Below, piece by piece: positions 36,996-48,325 of a DNA stretch of 64,000 bases. Numbering within the stretch: the first letter of the stretch is position 1; the number at the start of each line of letters is the position of its first letter. The notes under the pieces are model-generated. The model was not told the DNA's origin. It saw only the letters and a list, made by a program, of their open reading frames with translations, and did not search any database. A program made the translations under genes and the position numbers. This DNA comes from a virus (Duplodnaviria > Caudoviricetes), in IMG/VR virus record IMGVR_UViG_3300029305_005280, one strand, 5' to 3'.

Positions 36996-37231
36996 GCCTC
37001 CATTCCGCTCTTGCGGGATAAAATATAGAGTATAAGTAGCGCTTATTTGCGAGCAGTTTATGCTCTATAAAAGTTAAAAATTTCGCCCTTGTTGTGGTGA
37101 CAGGACAAATAAACAATATTGTGTCATGTTTTCATGATTCCTCCTTCCTTTCCATATAATAATGCACCTCCTTTTAATATATCGTTGACACAAGGCGGAT
37201 TAAACATACATAGACAACTTGAGGATAAGAA

Positions 37232-37786
37232 ATGCAAAAAGTAATTGTAACAGATATGGATGATGTTCTTGTTAATTTACTAGAACATTGGCTTGAATAT
37301 CTTAATATTCGATATAATTGTAGGGTAGAATGTGAAGATGTAGTTGAATGGGATATGTCAAAAGCATATCCAATGCTGACACCCGAACAACTTTATGGTG
37401 CTCTTAGTGATGAAGAACTGTGGAAAACAGTTACTCCTAAAGAAGATGCAATCAAATATCTTACACAATTGCATGACGAGGGTTATAAAATACTTGTTGC
37501 TACCGCAGCAAGCTACAATACGATAAAAACAAAACTTGTTAATGCACTATTTCCTTATTTCAAGTTTTTAACATATAAAGACATAATCATGATTCATGAT
37601 AAGCATCTATTAAAATGTGATATTATTGTTGATGATTATCATGAAAATCTTAAAGGTAGCGATGCAATAAAGATACTCGTTACCGCACCTTATAATCAAC
37701 ATTGTGACAAGATGATATATGATTTCCGTGTTAATGGTTGGAAAGAAATATATCAAATTATTCATGAATTGGAGAATGTACATTGA
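37232..37786 (+). CDS. 5'(3')-deoxyribonucleotidase (HAD, NT5C-like)
   Basis: DMDDVL, VAT, K.L...DIIVDDY, PYN. Confidence 0.9.
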   Translation: MQKVIVTDMDDVLVNLLEHWLEYLNIRYNCRVECEDVVEWDMSKAYPMLTPEQLYGALSDEELWKTVTPKEDAIKYLTQLHDEGYKILVATAASYNTIKTKLVNALFPYFKFLTYKDIIMIHDKHLLKCDIIVDDYHENLKGSDAIKILVTAPYNQHCDKMIYDFRVNGWKEIYQIIHELENVH

Positions 37787-38013
37787 ATAGAATTCGTATC
37801 AGATTAGATACACAAACAGATGTTCTCAATCTTGTAAATATTGCAAGTTCTCTTGGTGAAGATGTTAAAATCTATCTTGAGGATAATGAAGGACATGTTG
37901 CTAATGCTAAGTCATTGATGGGCTGTATGTATGGTAAAGTTGAATTTAAAGAACCTTATCTACGTAGTGAGTACTCAATGCTTAGTGACAAATTTAGAGA
38001 TTTTCTTGTTTGA
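37783..38013 (+). CDS. HPr-like protein
   Basis: LVNIASS...KIYL......ANAKSLMG (Ser46 motif); no His15 motif. Confidence 0.7.
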   Translation: MNRIRIRLDTQTDVLNLVNIASSLGEDVKIYLEDNEGHVANAKSLMGCMYGKVEFKEPYLRSEYSMLSDKFRDFLV

Positions 38014-38033
38014 CATAATCAACTTTCCTAGAT

Positions 38034-38068
38034 AAAAAGCACCGATTTTCGTCGGTGCTTTTTATTTT
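38034..38068 (+). terminator. Rho-independent terminator (promoter follows at 38069-38100)
   Basis: AAAAAGCACCGA/TCGGTGCTTTTT. Confidence 0.9.
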
Positions 38069-38795
38069 TAGTTGAAATATATTGACAGTTAATATATAAT
38101 ATGATTGTAAAGAGAGATAGGAAGGTTGATAAAAATTGAATATGTTGAAGTTCTATCTTATTTTTGCAAAGTTGTATCCATTGGAAATCCATTTAAAGAA
38201 TCAAAGTAAGGTATTTATACCTCAAACAACTAAACTCCTTGCACAGCCTAAGCAAACTAATGATAAAGGAAGGTAATCAAAAAATGAAGAGAGCAAGAGG
38301 ATTAGAAGTATTAGAAAATGTTTCACACAAAGGCTTGTATAGTGTACTGATTTTCTATAAATCTCCTATAACCAATGAGATTGAAGAAAGGCACATGTAT
38401 GCAGATGCAAATGCTGAATGCATTCAAATTGCAGAAAAATGGTTAGCTGAATATTGTAACCTTGATATTCCTTGCATAATATATCTTAACGGCGGTATTT
38501 ATCTAATGCATAAACACGATATGATTGAATTTGAAGAATAAAAAAAAGCAGGAATAAACATCCCTGCTTAAAAATCTATATATAATATAAACTAATAATA
38601 TTATTATAATTATTAAATATAATAATACTTATATTACTTAGCCCCTTAATTAAATATAGTTGTTCATACAATTAAAAATTCCTGAAATCTAAGGAAATTA
38701 TAAAAACTTTTAAAAAAAATTTAATTGATAGTTGAAATAAAGTAACTATCAATATATAATATGTATGTAAAATAAATTAAAGGAAGGTTTTATTT

Positions 38796-39761
38796 ATGGC
38801 ACACGAAGTAGAAAACATTATGTATGTAAGCAATGAGGAAAATGGACGATTTGTTCCCTGGCACGGTTTAGGAACAGCAGTAGCAGAAGCACCTACCTCT
38901 GCAGAGGCAATTAAACTTGCAGGCCTTGATTGGGTAGTTGAATCTAAACCTGTATTTACTGACAGTGGAATTGAAATTCCTAACTATAAAGCAAATATTA
39001 GAGACATTGACCAAAAGGTTCTTGGTGTTGTTTCAAATCGTTATCAGGTTGTACAAAATAAAGATGCATTTGACTTTACAGATGCTCTTATTGGAGAAGG
39101 GTGCCGATATGAAACAGCTGGTTCTCTTTGTGGTGGAAAAAGAATTTTCTTGCTTGCGAGAATGCCTGAATCAAAAATCTTAGATGACAGTTTTGAAAAT
39201 TATATCTGTTTTACTAATAGTCACGATGGATTTTCTTCCATTAAAGCAGTTATGACTCCTGTAAGAGTTGTATGCCAGAATACATTAAGTCTTGCTCTTA
39301 GCAGTGCAAAGAGACAGTGGTCTACAAAACACATTGGTAATCTTGATAGTAAACTTGCAGAAGCAAGACATACTCTTGAACTTGCTAATGATTATATGAC
39401 TGAATTTGGAAAAGCAGCAGATATTCTTGCTCATACTAAAGTTACTGATGCAGAAGTTGAAGCAATCCTCGATGAGTTGTTTCCTGTGAAAGAAGAAGAT
39501 AGTGACCGTCGTAAAAGAAATATTCAGGAAGTTAAGGACCAGTTTATGGTTTGTATGCTTGCTCCAGATATTCTTAAGTTTAAAGGTACTGCTTGGTCTG
39601 CAGTAAATGCAGCAAGTGACTGGGCAACACATACAGCCCCAAAGAGAATGACAGATAACTATCAGGAAAATAATTTTAATAGAGTACTTGATGGTCATAT
39701 TGTTATTGATACTTTCTTCCAGAAGCTGATGGAAAAAGCAACAAGTAAAGTTATTGTTTAG
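38796..39761 (+). CDS. DUF932/TIGR03299-type phage/plasmid protein
   Basis: MAHEVE, PWHGLG, YQVVQN..AF.F, YETAGSL.GG, NSHDG, TPVRVVCQNTL. Confidence 0.9.
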   Translation: MAHEVENIMYVSNEENGRFVPWHGLGTAVAEAPTSAEAIKLAGLDWVVESKPVFTDSGIEIPNYKANIRDIDQKVLGVVSNRYQVVQNKDAFDFTDALIGEGCRYETAGSLCGGKRIFLLARMPESKILDDSFENYICFTNSHDGFSSIKAVMTPVRVVCQNTLSLALSSAKRQWSTKHIGNLDSKLAEARHTLELANDYMTEFGKAADILAHTKVTDAEVEAILDELFPVKEEDSDRRKRNIQEVKDQFMVCMLAPDILKFKGTAWSAVNAASDWATHTAPKRMTDNYQENNFNRVLDGHIVIDTFFQKLMEKATSKVIV

Positions 39762-39816
39762 TTGATAAATCAGTACACTTCTCATATAATATAAGTGTAA
39801 AATAAATATATGGGAA

Positions 39817-40404
39817 GTGTATTTCCATATCAAAGGAAGGTTGTTAAGTATGAAAGCATTAGAAAGAGATGTTATTCTGAATGAAGCAAAAGAGGTTAAA
39901 AATGGTTGTATTACAAGAATTTGTTACAAAACTGAGCTTCCAGTTAAAGCAGAATTCAAGCATCAAGGCTACAAGGTATACAAGGTGGTTGAGACCTCTG
40001 CCCGATTGGGTGTTAACTATCATAAGATTGCCAGTGTAATTGCACGGAAAGCTGAAGAAGGGCTGAAAGAAACCCTACAAAGAGCTAATAACTATGAATG
40101 GGTACTGGCTAACAAAGTTCGTCACAATACCAACACCGGAAAAGATTACTTGTATGTTGCATCTTTTAACAAAGGGCATCACACTAAATCATATTTTGTA
40201 GTTTGCGGCCCCGATACAACAGCAGAATGGTTAACCACAGAAGATTTTATTGATGCTTACAAAGGTATCTTGATTCCTTCTTACTGGAGCAATCGTGGCC
40301 AGGGTGGAAGCGAAGTTAAGAATATTTCATTTGAAAATATCTATCGTATCGGTGGTAGTGGTGAAAAGATTGACACTCTATATCAACATGCCAGCCAGTT
40401 TTAA
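39817..40404 (+). CDS. Hypothetical protein (likely start ATG 39850)
   Basis: Promoter 39759-39790, GGAAGG RBS. Confidence 0.7.
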   Translation: MYFHIKGRLLSMKALERDVILNEAKEVKNGCITRICYKTELPVKAEFKHQGYKVYKVVETSARLGVNYHKIASVIARKAEEGLKETLQRANNYEWVLANKVRHNTNTGKDYLYVASFNKGHHTKSYFVVCGPDTTAEWLTTEDFIDAYKGILIPSYWSNRGQGGSEVKNISFENIYRIGGSGEKIDTLYQHASQF

Positions 40405-40689
40405 CACAGCTATTGTATATAATATTTGTTGAACACATTTATATTGTCGAGCGTGGTTAGCGCTACGCTCGATTTTATAATATATAAACTAAGATAAAAT
40501 CAAATCTAATGTCTTAGTTTAACATTAGACTACAACTGAGCAAAAAGCTCAACATTGAATTAAACACAATAGAAAGAAGCGGAGGTACTATTTTAACATA
40601 ACTAGCGATAGCGAAGAGTACACACAATCGTCTATCGGCAAAAATAATATGATGGTTAGTTGCTCTTCTTAAATCGAAGGGAGTAAGTA

Positions 40690-41445
40690 ATGAATATTAT
40701 TTTTAAGATACTAAGATATCTTAAGAAGTACAGCAATCTAATAAAAATCATTGTTGTTGGACTACTTGTGGTTGTTTGCATTTTGCAGGCTATACAAGTA
40801 AACAACTATAAATCTTCATACCAAGAAGAATTGAATTTGGGTTCAACAATCAAAACAGAACTTGATTCAATAAAACAACAGAATAGTGAGTTAAAAACTC
40901 AATTATCTGAATATGAACAAATCATATCAGAGAAGGACAACCAAATCCAACAGCTTCAAAAAGATGTTCAAGAGCTTGAGGACACTGCTGCAAAATTAGC
41001 AACAGCTGTTAAGACAGGAAAAGTTGAAGCTGACGGTAACTACAATCAAGCCCAGAAGGTATGGAATTATTTAAGAGACCTTGGTCTTAATGAATATGTC
41101 TGTGCTGGTATTGTTGGTAATATAATGGCAGAAGTTGGTGGTCAAACACTTGATATTTCAAGGTGGCCTCAATACAGTCAAGGCACATATTACGGAATAT
41201 GTCAATGGGCCGGAAGTAGGAAGAACAGACTTCTAAATGATTTTGGCACAACACTTGAAGACCAAATCAGGTTTTTATCTGTTGAATTGTTTGAAGTAAT
41301 TCCGAAAGATAATTCTTTCTATAATATGCAAGATGAACAAGAAGCAGCATTATATTTTGCAAAATATTATGAGAGATGTAGTTCAAAGTATTATAGTGTA
41401 AGACAGAAAAATGCGACAAAAGCATTAGACTATTTTACAAGATAG
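40690..41445 (+). CDS. Membrane-anchored phage-tail-lysozyme-domain muramidase
   Basis: N-terminal TM + coiled coil; AGIVGNIMAE, YGICQW..SR, Q..F...EL, F..YYER. Confidence 0.85.
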   Translation: MNIIFKILRYLKKYSNLIKIIVVGLLVVVCILQAIQVNNYKSSYQEELNLGSTIKTELDSIKQQNSELKTQLSEYEQIISEKDNQIQQLQKDVQELEDTAAKLATAVKTGKVEADGNYNQAQKVWNYLRDLGLNEYVCAGIVGNIMAEVGGQTLDISRWPQYSQGTYYGICQWAGSRKNRLLNDFGTTLEDQIRFLSVELFEVIPKDNSFYNMQDEQEAALYFAKYYERCSSKYYSVRQKNATKALDYFTR

Positions 41446-41566
41446 TACTTAAGAGAAAATATGTTGAATTAAAAATAATAAACATATCAAAGAAAATAGT
41501 ACTTAAGATTTAACCTATGTAGTTTAATGAAAGTAAAAAATTTGAATAGATTTAGCTAGTTATATG

Positions 41567-41600
41567 AAAATGAGCAGGAGTTTATCTTCTGCTCATTTTT
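41567..41600 (+). terminator. Rho-independent terminator
   Basis: AAAATGAGCAGGAG/CTTCTGCTCATTTT. Confidence 0.85.
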
Positions 41601-41799
41601 CTTTTTAGTTGTAATATTCCATCTTATAATATATAATTATGTTGTAATAAGAAGGAGGTCAAATGTCATATGATGGTAAAAAATATCGTCACGGATGATG
41701 TGTTCACTGTTTGTGGTACACTTGGTGATGCATACATAATTTGTTATTATGGAGACATGATGGCAGTAACATTAGGAACAGTGTGGAAGGAGCATTGTA

Positions 41800-43590
41800 A
41801 TGAAATGTCCTAACTATATCAAAGAAGCGTTGAGGCAAAGAGCTAATCATGCAGACAGATTTACTGAACTAGATATAATGATTGCTGAATGGCTTGAAAA
41901 ACATGATTTGATTCATCTTGTTGAGGATTATGATATCCACGGTGGATGTGAATCATATGTAAATCCCAGCAATTCATCGGCTAGAATTTTAGAGGTGATT
42001 GAAAATGCTTGATAAGAAACATGATTGGCCTCAGTTCGTTGTTGCTTGGAGAACTAAGAACGGTCGTAATCAGTGGGAAGCTGTATCTAGAGAAAAGTTT
42101 GGGCCTTTTATATATTGGCTTGAGACAGAAAAGAAAGTTCCTAGGGCAAGTATACACTTCCATCAGTTAACAATTGCACATTGGCTGTATCCTGAATTGC
42201 ACAAAGGATGTAAAACTGTTTGGTTGAAAGACATATATACTGAGATATTTGGTGACAAAGAAGGTACTTATATTCCGCCGCAAGTGCAACCCGTCAAAAA
42301 AGAAAAAGATACATCTCCAAACTATGGTTATATATCTCCTGAGGGAGAATATTACAAATGTGCTTATGGAGGTCATCGAGAACTTGAAGATGAGCTTGTT
42401 GGTAAGATGAATAGATACAACAACGCTCAAAAGATACTTTTTGATGCTGGATGGTTATGTATTTATCATGACCCGTTTGCTCATGGTAGTTATGCTATCA
42501 TGATGGGAAATAAAAAAGAAATGACGGACAGACAATTAAAGTGTCTTGAAAGATTAAATGTACCTAGCACCTGTAGAGGTTTTGCGGAACACCTTGGAGG
42601 GGAATATTGATGGAAGCAGTATGTGAATGTATATCGAATCTAGCGTGTATAGGACTCATAGCTTGGATAGCTTATTTGATGTTAAGATAAAGGAGAATTA
42701 AAATGTCTAAAAGATATGCTTGGTCACGAAAAAGTGATGATGAGATTTGGAGGGGTGGTCCTTGTGACTCTATCAAAGAATGTGTTGAAGAAGCACTTGC
42801 AGAGGATTATGAGCTTGATGATAAGATTGCAATAGGATATGTTGTTGATTATAAAATAGACCATGATTTTGCTGATGATATTGTTTATCGATTATGTGAA
42901 GATGCATTTGATGAGGTTGGAGAAGCATCTGATGGATGGCTCGATGGTGCTAAAAAAGAAGAACTTGAAATACTTAATAATAGAGTTATGGAAGTGGTAA
43001 AGCAATGGCTCAAAGAAGTAAATGAGGAACCTACTTTCTTTAAAATCGAGCCCTTTGAATTCTGTACATTGAAAGAAGCACTTAGATTAAATAAAGATAA
43101 TCCGAAAGGTGGAAAAATAGTAAATAAAGATGATTGAAATTGTTGGAATCTTTGCAAGTTTATTTGTACTTGCATCACTACTATTTAAAACAAATACATA
43201 TAAAGGAGCTCTTACTTTAAGAGTACTCAATACTGTGGGCAGTATTTTATTTATTATCTACGGTTTTTGTTTATCTGCTTACAGCACCGCATTCCTTAAC
43301 ATTGCAGCAGTGGGCATCAATGTGTATCAAGCAGTAATTTTGAAGAGGCAATATAGATGACACAAACAGAATTAAGACAGAAATTATCAACAGAAGTTGA
43401 TATGTTAAAAGGTAATATTGCAAGGATATGTGTTACGGATGATTTCAATGAACTTGAACGTATGGTGTATTTTGCAATGAGAAGAATACATACCATTGAA
43501 GATACAAAACGAGAAATGATGCTCATTGAAAAATATGGTCCAGATTATATCAATAACACAATGAAATTGATTGATGCATTACCTTTATAA
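41800..43590 (+). other. Operon of small hypothetical genes (41800-42012, 41999-42610, 42703-43137, 43130-43360 YgjV-like membrane protein, 43357-43590)
   Basis: Tightly packed + strand ORFs with RBSs; 43130 ORF has 3 TMs and LRVLN.VGS.LFIIYG. Confidence 0.65.
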
Positions 43591-43613
43591 ATAAATGATG
43601 AAAGAGGAATAAG

Positions 43614-44321
43614 ATGGGAATATCAGTTAAACTTACAAGAATTACAGGTGACCCAATTCTTGCTATTGAGGAAGCCGCAAGTAATTGCTATGACACTGTA
43701 CCAACCGGTGATGGAAAGATTATGAAGCATTGCATTAAATCAGGACACACAAGTGTTACTGAATTTTGTGACCTAACTTTCCATATTGAGGGAGTTAGTC
43801 GAGCATTAAGTCACCAACTAGTGAGACATAGAATTGCTAGTTATGCACAACGCTCTCAGAGATACTGTAGTGAGGATGGTTTTAACTACGTAACACCTTA
43901 TACAATCAAAAGCAACGAAGCTGCAATTGTAATATATGAAAAGATTATGAAAGACCTTGCATTTAACTATAAGCTTCTTCAAGAGCTCGGCATTCCAAAT
44001 GAAGATGCCAGAATGATTCTTCCTAATGCTTGTGAAACACAGCTTGAGGTTAAGATGAATCTTAGAACATTTATGAATTTTATGAATGAAAGGCTTTGTA
44101 GTTGTGCTCAGTGGGAAATTAGATTACTTGCTCAGATGATGAGAAGTTTAGTTATTAAAGAAGTCCCCGAACTTGAACCTTATCTTGTTCCTAAGTGTGA
44201 AAAGAATGGTAAAGAGTTTGGTGCTTGTAATGAATCTAAATCTCGCAGTTGTGGTAAGCACCCAAGATTAGAAGAAATATTTGAAGATTATCATAACTAC
44301 AAAGATATGTGTGAAAGCTGA
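43614..44321 (+). CDS. thyX: Flavin-dependent thymidylate synthase
   Basis: GHTS..E, SRALSHQLVRHRIASYAQRSQRY, EDARMILP, AQWEIR. Confidence 0.97.
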   Translation: MGISVKLTRITGDPILAIEEAASNCYDTVPTGDGKIMKHCIKSGHTSVTEFCDLTFHIEGVSRALSHQLVRHRIASYAQRSQRYCSEDGFNYVTPYTIKSNEAAIVIYEKIMKDLAFNYKLLQELGIPNEDARMILPNACETQLEVKMNLRTFMNFMNERLCSCAQWEIRLLAQMMRSLVIKEVPELEPYLVPKCEKNGKEFGACNESKSRSCGKHPRLEEIFEDYHNYKDMCES

Positions 44322-46655
44322 TGGCGGATAAGATATATCTATATGGTGCTCGAGATATTACAACGGGCAAGTTAGTCTCTGATATTACCAACCCAAGAAG
44401 AAAATACTGGGACCGAAAAGGTAATGCACAAAGTGCTATTGACTACTATAATAGAACTTGTGCTAATAGACCGCGGAACCTTGGTTATGGTAATAAAGGA
44501 GTGCACGGGACTATTGAATTAGTTACATTTGAACTTGTGGAGGTTAAAAATGAAAGTAACAATTGAAATGGACAATCTTCAAGGTATTATTGAGGATGCT
44601 GCAAAGCAGAATACCAAGGAAGTAATTGAAGACTGGGTAAAAGAAAGAGCCCAATCAATCTTAGATAGAGATTATAAAGACATTATCAACGAAGTAGTTA
44701 CTGCTAAGATAAAAGAATATATTACTACATATATTGATTGTTATCAGATTTCTGTCGGCGGGGGACTTGATGGTACTCCCATTCAGTATTACACTCCAAG
44801 AGAGTATATCAATAAGATTATTACTGACACTTTCCGTGATAAGAAACTTACTACTTATGTAGAGCGTAGTTATGGTGGTAGAGACAAGAAAGAAGTAACT
44901 TTCGAAGAATTTATCAAAGAACATCTTAATCCCACATATGAAATTCAGCATCATATGGAAGCACTTGGAAAAAGTGTTAAGAATGAGGTTAGTGCTTTAC
45001 TTAAGAAGGAATATGATAAATCATTACAGAATGCTCTGTCCGGTGTTATTATGGATGTTATCATGGAAAATGAGGCATTTAAAAATGTCAATGATAACAT
45101 CAAACGCTTGGGTGATTGATTATGCAGGGTGAATTGTTGCATGATTACAAGTCTTGTGGGTATTGTGTACAAACTTGCTATGAGTGGGACACAGGATATG
45201 CAGAGTATGGATGCACACTAGGAGATAACAATCCTGATAAGAATGAGTGTGTTGAGGCAGTATGCCCACTTGATTGTAGATATAAAGTGGAAGAATAAAC
45301 AAATTCAAAAGGTGATAACGTATGACCATTTTATACCATGATGAGCGTACACCCAAAAAGGAATTGTACGATATTGCAGAACAGCTTAGAAAGGTTGTTG
45401 GCAAAGAGATTTTAGTGCTACCAAAAAACTTTGATATTTTACTTGATTGTTCAATTGACCAGTTAATCCAAGTTAGAGCAATGTTGGATGCAACAATACA
45501 GCAAAAGATTGAACAAGAATCAGATACACAGAATACATGCACTATTACAAAAGATGGTAAATATCTAAACTAATTACAAAGAGATAAGTTAACTGTTTAG
45601 TTGATTTATCTCTCTTTTTATTTTATAATAAGTTTAAAGAAAGAAGGAAGGAGAGTATTTTTAATTACATATTATTTGATGAGGAGTTATAGATATGAAA
45701 ATTCGTTATGCAGTAGAAATGGAAGTTGAATTACCTGATGATTTTACTGACGAAGAAGTGGATTTTAAAGTGGCTCTTCTTGCAGAAGGCAACGAATGTT
45801 GTTGGACAAAAGATGAAGATGTTTCGTTGTTTGGATATGATGATTAAAAAGTATGTTTAATGTCAACTACAGGATTAAAAATTTCACACAAGATTGAAGC
45901 TTTTACAAACTTTGTTACAGAGGCAACATCTATATACAGATATTGTGTTGAGATGCTTCATAAATGTGAAGGATTTGAATGCGATATACGTCATAAACTT
46001 GAATTAAAGCAGTACAAAGACCGAAATGAAAGGGCAAGATTGCACACGTTGCTTGAGAATTGTTTCAGAGACAGACGATATTACAAGGACCGTATTGAAG
46101 AACTTGAACCTTTCGTGTTGTTATTCGAGGATACTGCAAAGGAAAAAGAACAAAACACAAGGGCTAACAAGAGCTGTTTAAATGCAATCAAACAATCATT
46201 AGGTAATGTGCGTAAAGCAGAAAGTTATCATAAAGAAAGAACTTATAGACCTCGTGTGTTGAAAGATATGTATGGTGAAACAGATGTTAAATAAAGATAT
46301 ATTTACTAAGATAATTGTGTCTTGTCAAAAACTTGATAAAGTAATCAAGAATCAAGAAAAGATATTTGAATGTAATATGGAAGATGGGCCACTTTTAAAT
46401 GCGTGGGAAACTCTAATGAATCTATTGGTGGCTGAGTGTGAATTTGTTATTGATGATGAAATTGGACCTATTATATATGAATTTGCACTATGCAATAACT
46501 GGGGAAATGACTCAAAGAGTTACTACATTGAAGGTAAAGAATATCTTGTGTATGACGCAGAATCATTGTGGGACTATCTCGATGAAAAACTACAATATGA
46601 TGTAACACATTTTAAGAAAGAAGAGAGTTGCAATGAAACACACAGTTGTTGTTAA
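44321..46655 (+). other. Cluster of hypothetical genes (44321-44566, 44529-45119, 45116-45298, 45322-45573, 45860-46294, 46272-46655)
   Basis: Packed + strand ORFs, no recognisable motifs. Confidence 0.6.
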
Positions 46656-47187
46656 TTTGGCGGGCCCTCCGGGTGCAGGAAAAAGTACAGGGGCTGCAGA
46701 AATTTTTACAATCTTAAAGAAAAATAATATAAATTGTGAACTTGTTGCAGAATTTGCAAAAGATAAAACATGGGAACATAATAATAAAGCCCTTTCATGT
46801 CAGGAATATGTGTTTGGTAAGCAATCGTACAGACTTGCTAGATGTAGAGATGATGTTGATGTAATTGTTACTGACAGCCCTTTACCTTTATCCATTATCT
46901 ATAACACTAATCCATGTATTGAGGAATCGTTTCCAGAGTTGGTAATGGATATTTTTAACACATATGTTAATATGAATTTCTATATCAAACGAGTTAAACC
47001 ATATAATCCGAAAGGGCGTAATCAAACAGAATCAGAAAGTGATGCTTTGGGGCCTAAAATCAAAAAATTATATGACACATTGAAGATTCCCTATGAATGT
47101 GTCAATGGAGACGATGAGGGATATAGATATATAGCGCATCAAGTATTGTCTTTCCTAGAGGAGTTTAGAAATGGACTTAACGGTTAA
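46633..47187 (+). CDS. P-loop kinase/ATPase (NadR/AAA_28-like)
   Basis: GPPGAGKST, VTDSPL, Y.P.GR.Q. Confidence 0.8.
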   Translation: MKHTVVVNLAGPPGAGKSTGAAEIFTILKKNNINCELVAEFAKDKTWEHNNKALSCQEYVFGKQSYRLARCRDDVDVIVTDSPLPLSIIYNTNPCIEESFPELVMDIFNTYVNMNFYIKRVKPYNPKGRNQTESESDALGPKIKKLYDTLKIPYECVNGDDEGYRYIAHQVLSFLEEFRNGLNG

Positions 47188-47626
47188 GATTGGTAAGCTT
47201 GATAGACCTAACTTGAATAATGTGGTTTATAGCAAAGAATGCATTCAAAATGTAGAAAAACAAATTTTAGGAAATATAATTCCTGTAAAACTTATTACAA
47301 ATGATTTTTGGAATCAGACTGTGGCACCTGTTGGAAGTGCACAACTGGATACCGCATTATATCCCGAACTACATTTTAGTGTCAATATATGTGACCCAGA
47401 GGTAAAGAAATCAATTTATGAGTTACAGATGCAAATTTTAAATGAATATGCTCCTAAACTTATTGTTGACAGAAGCACAATTAAAAGACTTGTTTTTCAG
47501 CTTTGTGAAGATATTGAACTAACAAAAAATAACAAAGGATTAGTTATGAAAACTCTTTCTTCAAATCTAAAGGGTAAGGCAGATATGAAAATTGTATCTG
47601 ATGTAGTTAATGGGTTACTGTTATGA
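47171..47626 (+). CDS. Protein with GatB/YqeY-like C-terminus
   Basis: ILNEYAPK...NKGLVMKTL...LKGKADMKIVSDVV. Confidence 0.6.
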   Translation: MDLTVKIGKLDRPNLNNVVYSKECIQNVEKQILGNIIPVKLITNDFWNQTVAPVGSAQLDTALYPELHFSVNICDPEVKKSIYELQMQILNEYAPKLIVDRSTIKRLVFQLCEDIELTKNNKGLVMKTLSSNLKGKADMKIVSDVVNGLLL

Positions 47627-48325
47627 TGTTAGAGCCTTTAGCAGTAAAACTGCTTGATAAACACTATGAGCTTGAGGATGCTCTAACTCTTGAGGGGAAT
47701 TCTTTTTCTTTGAGAGTACGTTTAATCTTAAGAAGATTAAAAGCACACAAGGCAGCTAAAAAACTAGAGTCTTTATATAGGAAGTGATGTTGATGGGCAG
47801 CTACAAAGGATTACCAAAGGATACGACTATTGTATTCCCATCTTTGATAAGAACAGGACATGATATTATTTTAAAGGTTGTTTCTTATAATGAAGAGACA
47901 GAGTCATATGAAGTTGCAAGGGTGTATAAAGATAGAATCACACCAACAACTGAAAAGTTAACAGTTAAATCAATGGAGGCAAGAAACCCCTTGATTACTC
48001 TACCGGGAGGTATCCATGAAGCATAATGAAATGTTGTTTCAAGAAGCAATAGAATTTATTACACCTTTGCGTCCTATCAAAGTTGTATGGAATGATAAAA
48101 CAATTATTTACAATGATTATGACAGTGACAATGTGTGCACTGTTTTTGAAGACGGTACTAAGGCGTATGGAGAAATTTTCCCTCTTCAAGCTGTTATCTC
48201 TCAACGCCTTGGTCAAACTTTGGAAAAGTATGATGTGTTTGTAAAGAGTTTTAATGTTAAGATTGTTGATTATCATCATACGCTAGTATACTTGTATGGA
48301 TACAAAAAACGGAGGAAAAAGAAAA

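Noticed and set aside
40412-40689. c-di-AMP or c-di-GMP riboswitch
   Set aside because: Consensus motifs of these classes are not recognisable.
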